Part shown: positions 19,641 through 21,321 of the stretch, in pieces | Layout: each line of letters opens with the position of its first letter | How positions within the stretch are numbered: position 1 is the stretch's first letter | Assembly: GCA_040752415.1 (NCBI GenBank) | Contig: JBFMGU010000185.1 | Span: 1-21,321, forward strand | Source: Myxococcota bacterium | GTDB lineage: Bacteria; Myxococcota; JACRCW01 | Direction of reading: 5' to 3' | DNA length: 21,321 bases | Program-made: the position numbers and the translations under genes | The notes under the pieces: generated by a model | The model's input: only the letters and a program-made list of their open reading frames with translations | Databases searched by the model: none | Told to the model about the DNA's origin: nothing

Positions 19641-21161
19641 ATGGACAGACTGATGCAGGCGCTGTCCGCCGTCATCAAGGCGGACAACTGGGTGCTGGGG
19701 GGCACCGGCATCGCCACCGCGTTCCTGATCGCCGTTGCGCTGCGCCTCCTCCTGCCCCCGGAACGACGACAAAACCTGCGCACCCCGCTCGTGCTCGTGG
19801 TGTTCAACCTGGTCCTGCAGGTGGGGCACGAGTTCCTCGTCGGAGATGCGCACTCCACCGACGCGCTGCGCATCCTGGGCCTGCTGTGCATGCTGCTGGC
19901 CCTGGGGCGGTTGGGGTTCCTGCTCATCGTCGAGCTGTTCTTTGGCGGGTCGCGCGGCGGCGCCGCCATGTCCAGGATCCTGCGCGACATCCTGCAGCTC
20001 TTTGTCTACTTCGCCGCGGTGGCCATGACGTTGTCCAGCGCCGGCGTGAAGCTGGACTCGCTGCTCACGTCGTCAGCGTTCCTGGCGGCCATCCTGGGTC
20101 TCGCGCTGCAGCAGACGCTGGGCAACATTGCCGCGGGTCTGGCCATCCAGGTGCAGCGGCCTTTTGACGTCGGTGACTGGATCCAGTTCGACCCGGATCC
20201 CCGACGCATTGGCCAGGTGGTGGAGGTCAACTGGCGCGCCACGCGCGTGCTCACCGAGGAGCGGGTGGAGATCGTTGTCCCCAATGGGCAGCTGGGTGTG
20301 AACTCCATTGTGAACTACTCCAAGCCCAGCCCCCTCATGCGACGCAGCGTCCTCGTGCTGGCCTCCTACGCGTGCCCGCCGCGTCGAGTGCATGAGGTCA
20401 TCCACAACGTGCTGGCTTCCGTGCCGCAGGTGCTCAAGCAGCCCGCGCCTTCCGTCGTCACCAGCCAGTTCAAGGACAATGGCATCGAGTACTGGGTGCG
20501 CTACTACCTCAACGAGTTCGAGAAGCGTGACGAGGTGGACGGCGCCATCCGCGACCGCATCTGGTACGGCCTGGAGCGCGCTGGCATCGAGTTCCCCTTC
20601 CCGTCCCGGCACCAGAACATGCAGCCCAGCACCATGGAGCTGCCCACCACGCTCAACGCCGAGGAGCTCAAGAAGGTGGAGCGGCACCTCAAGGGCATCG
20701 ACTTCATCAAGGTGCTCCCGGAGGACCAGATCCACTCCCTGGCGCAGGACGTTCGGCGCCGCCTCTACGCTCCCGGCGAGGCCATCATCAGCGAGGGTGA
20801 CGATGGTGACGAGCTGTTCATCCTGTTCCGCGGCGAGGTGCGCATCGTGGTCAAGGGCAACGAGGTGGCGCGGCTCAAGGCGGGCAGCTTCTTTGGAGAG
20901 ATGAGCCTGCTCACCGGCGAGAAGCGCGCGGCCACCGTGGTGGCGGTGGAGGAGGTGGAGCTGATGGTGGTGGGCTTTGCGCCGTTCCAGGCGCTGCTGC
21001 ACGCCAACCCGGACCTGGCGGAGGTCATGAGCCGCACGCTGGCGGAGCGCCAGGCCGCGCTGGGCAAGGCGCGCGAGGGCGCGGGTGCGCAGGATGCCGT
21101 GGTGCAGCAGCAGACCGTCCAGCTCATGGCGAAGATCAAGAAGTTCTTCTCGCTGGCGTGA
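19641..21161 (+). CDS. MscS-family ion channel with C-terminal cyclic-nucleotide-binding domain
   Basis: N-terminal TM helices, GLALQQTLGNIAAG, PFDVGDWI, NWRAT, VPN, GIEFPFP, then EGDDGDELFILFRGEV...FFGEMSLLTGEKRAATV. Start is ATG 19641 or GTG 19623. Confidence 0.92.
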   Translation: MDRLMQALSAVIKADNWVLGGTGIATAFLIAVALRLLLPPERRQNLRTPLVLVVFNLVLQVGHEFLVGDAHSTDALRILGLLCMLLALGRLGFLLIVELFFGGSRGGAAMSRILRDILQLFVYFAAVAMTLSSAGVKLDSLLTSSAFLAAILGLALQQTLGNIAAGLAIQVQRPFDVGDWIQFDPDPRRIGQVVEVNWRATRVLTEERVEIVVPNGQLGVNSIVNYSKPSPLMRRSVLVLASYACPPRRVHEVIHNVLASVPQVLKQPAPSVVTSQFKDNGIEYWVRYYLNEFEKRDEVDGAIRDRIWYGLERAGIEFPFPSRHQNMQPSTMELPTTLNAEELKKVERHLKGIDFIKVLPEDQIHSLAQDVRRRLYAPGEAIISEGDDGDELFILFRGEVRIVVKGNEVARLKAGSFFGEMSLLTGEKRAATVVAVEEVELMVVGFAPFQALLHANPDLAEVMSRTLAERQAALGKAREGAGAQDAVVQQQTVQLMAKIKKFFSLA

Positions 21162-21195
21162 CGCGCGCGCGCCCGCGCTCTAGAACGCACGGACG

Positions 21196-21321
21196 ATGTC
21201 CAAGCTCCCCGAAGAAGCCCGACCGCTGGTGGCAGAGGCCGCGCACGCCCTGCACGGACACCTGGAGTTCCTGGGCAGCCTGGGCGTGGAAGGGCTCCCT
21301 CTCCCGCAGGTTGCGCCCGTC
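21196..21321 (+). CDS. 5' end of a gene running off the window; N-terminus resembles family-4 uracil-DNA glycosylases
   Basis: Open frame MSKLPEEARPLVAEAAHALHGHLEFLGSLGVEGLPLPQVAPV. The HLEFLxxLGVEGLP stretch resembles the N-terminal extension of deltaproteobacterial UDGs by recollection only. No catalytic motif is visible. Confidence 0.45.
   Translation, partial: MSKLPEEARPLVAEAAHALHGHLEFLGSLGVEGLPLPQVAPV

Overview
GC-rich bacterial chromosomal segment. The gene content (argD/argF next to hslU, a Ser-rich TSP3 lipoprotein, a solo receiver protein) suggests a Myxococcota/deltaproteobacterial source, but this is inference. About 20 CDSs, in order: signal-peptide-bearing DUF62 SAM hydrolase, membrane protein, M23 peptidase (+); 824-aa multidomain surface lipoprotein (-); degenerate aldo/keto reductase and VOC protein (+); vapBC toxin-antitoxin, argF, argD, hslU (-); an unannotated nucleotidyltransferase C-terminal remnant (+); ceramidase-family protein and single-domain response regulator (-); leucine-type dehydrogenase and an exported hypothetical (+); a glpK-kdsD-psuG-maf run (-); MscS-cNMP channel and a truncated, possibly UDG, gene (+). 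I found no rRNA, tRNA, CRISPR array or transposase. Most of the window is housekeeping. The best leads, all hypotheses, are: psuG translationally coupled to maf and kdsD with no pseudouridine kinase in the window; an apparently exported SAM hydrolase; a lipoprotein carrying extracellular-nuclease accessory domains but no catalytic domain; an AKR lacking the catalytic tetrad; and hslU separated from hslV next to a decayed gene fragment.
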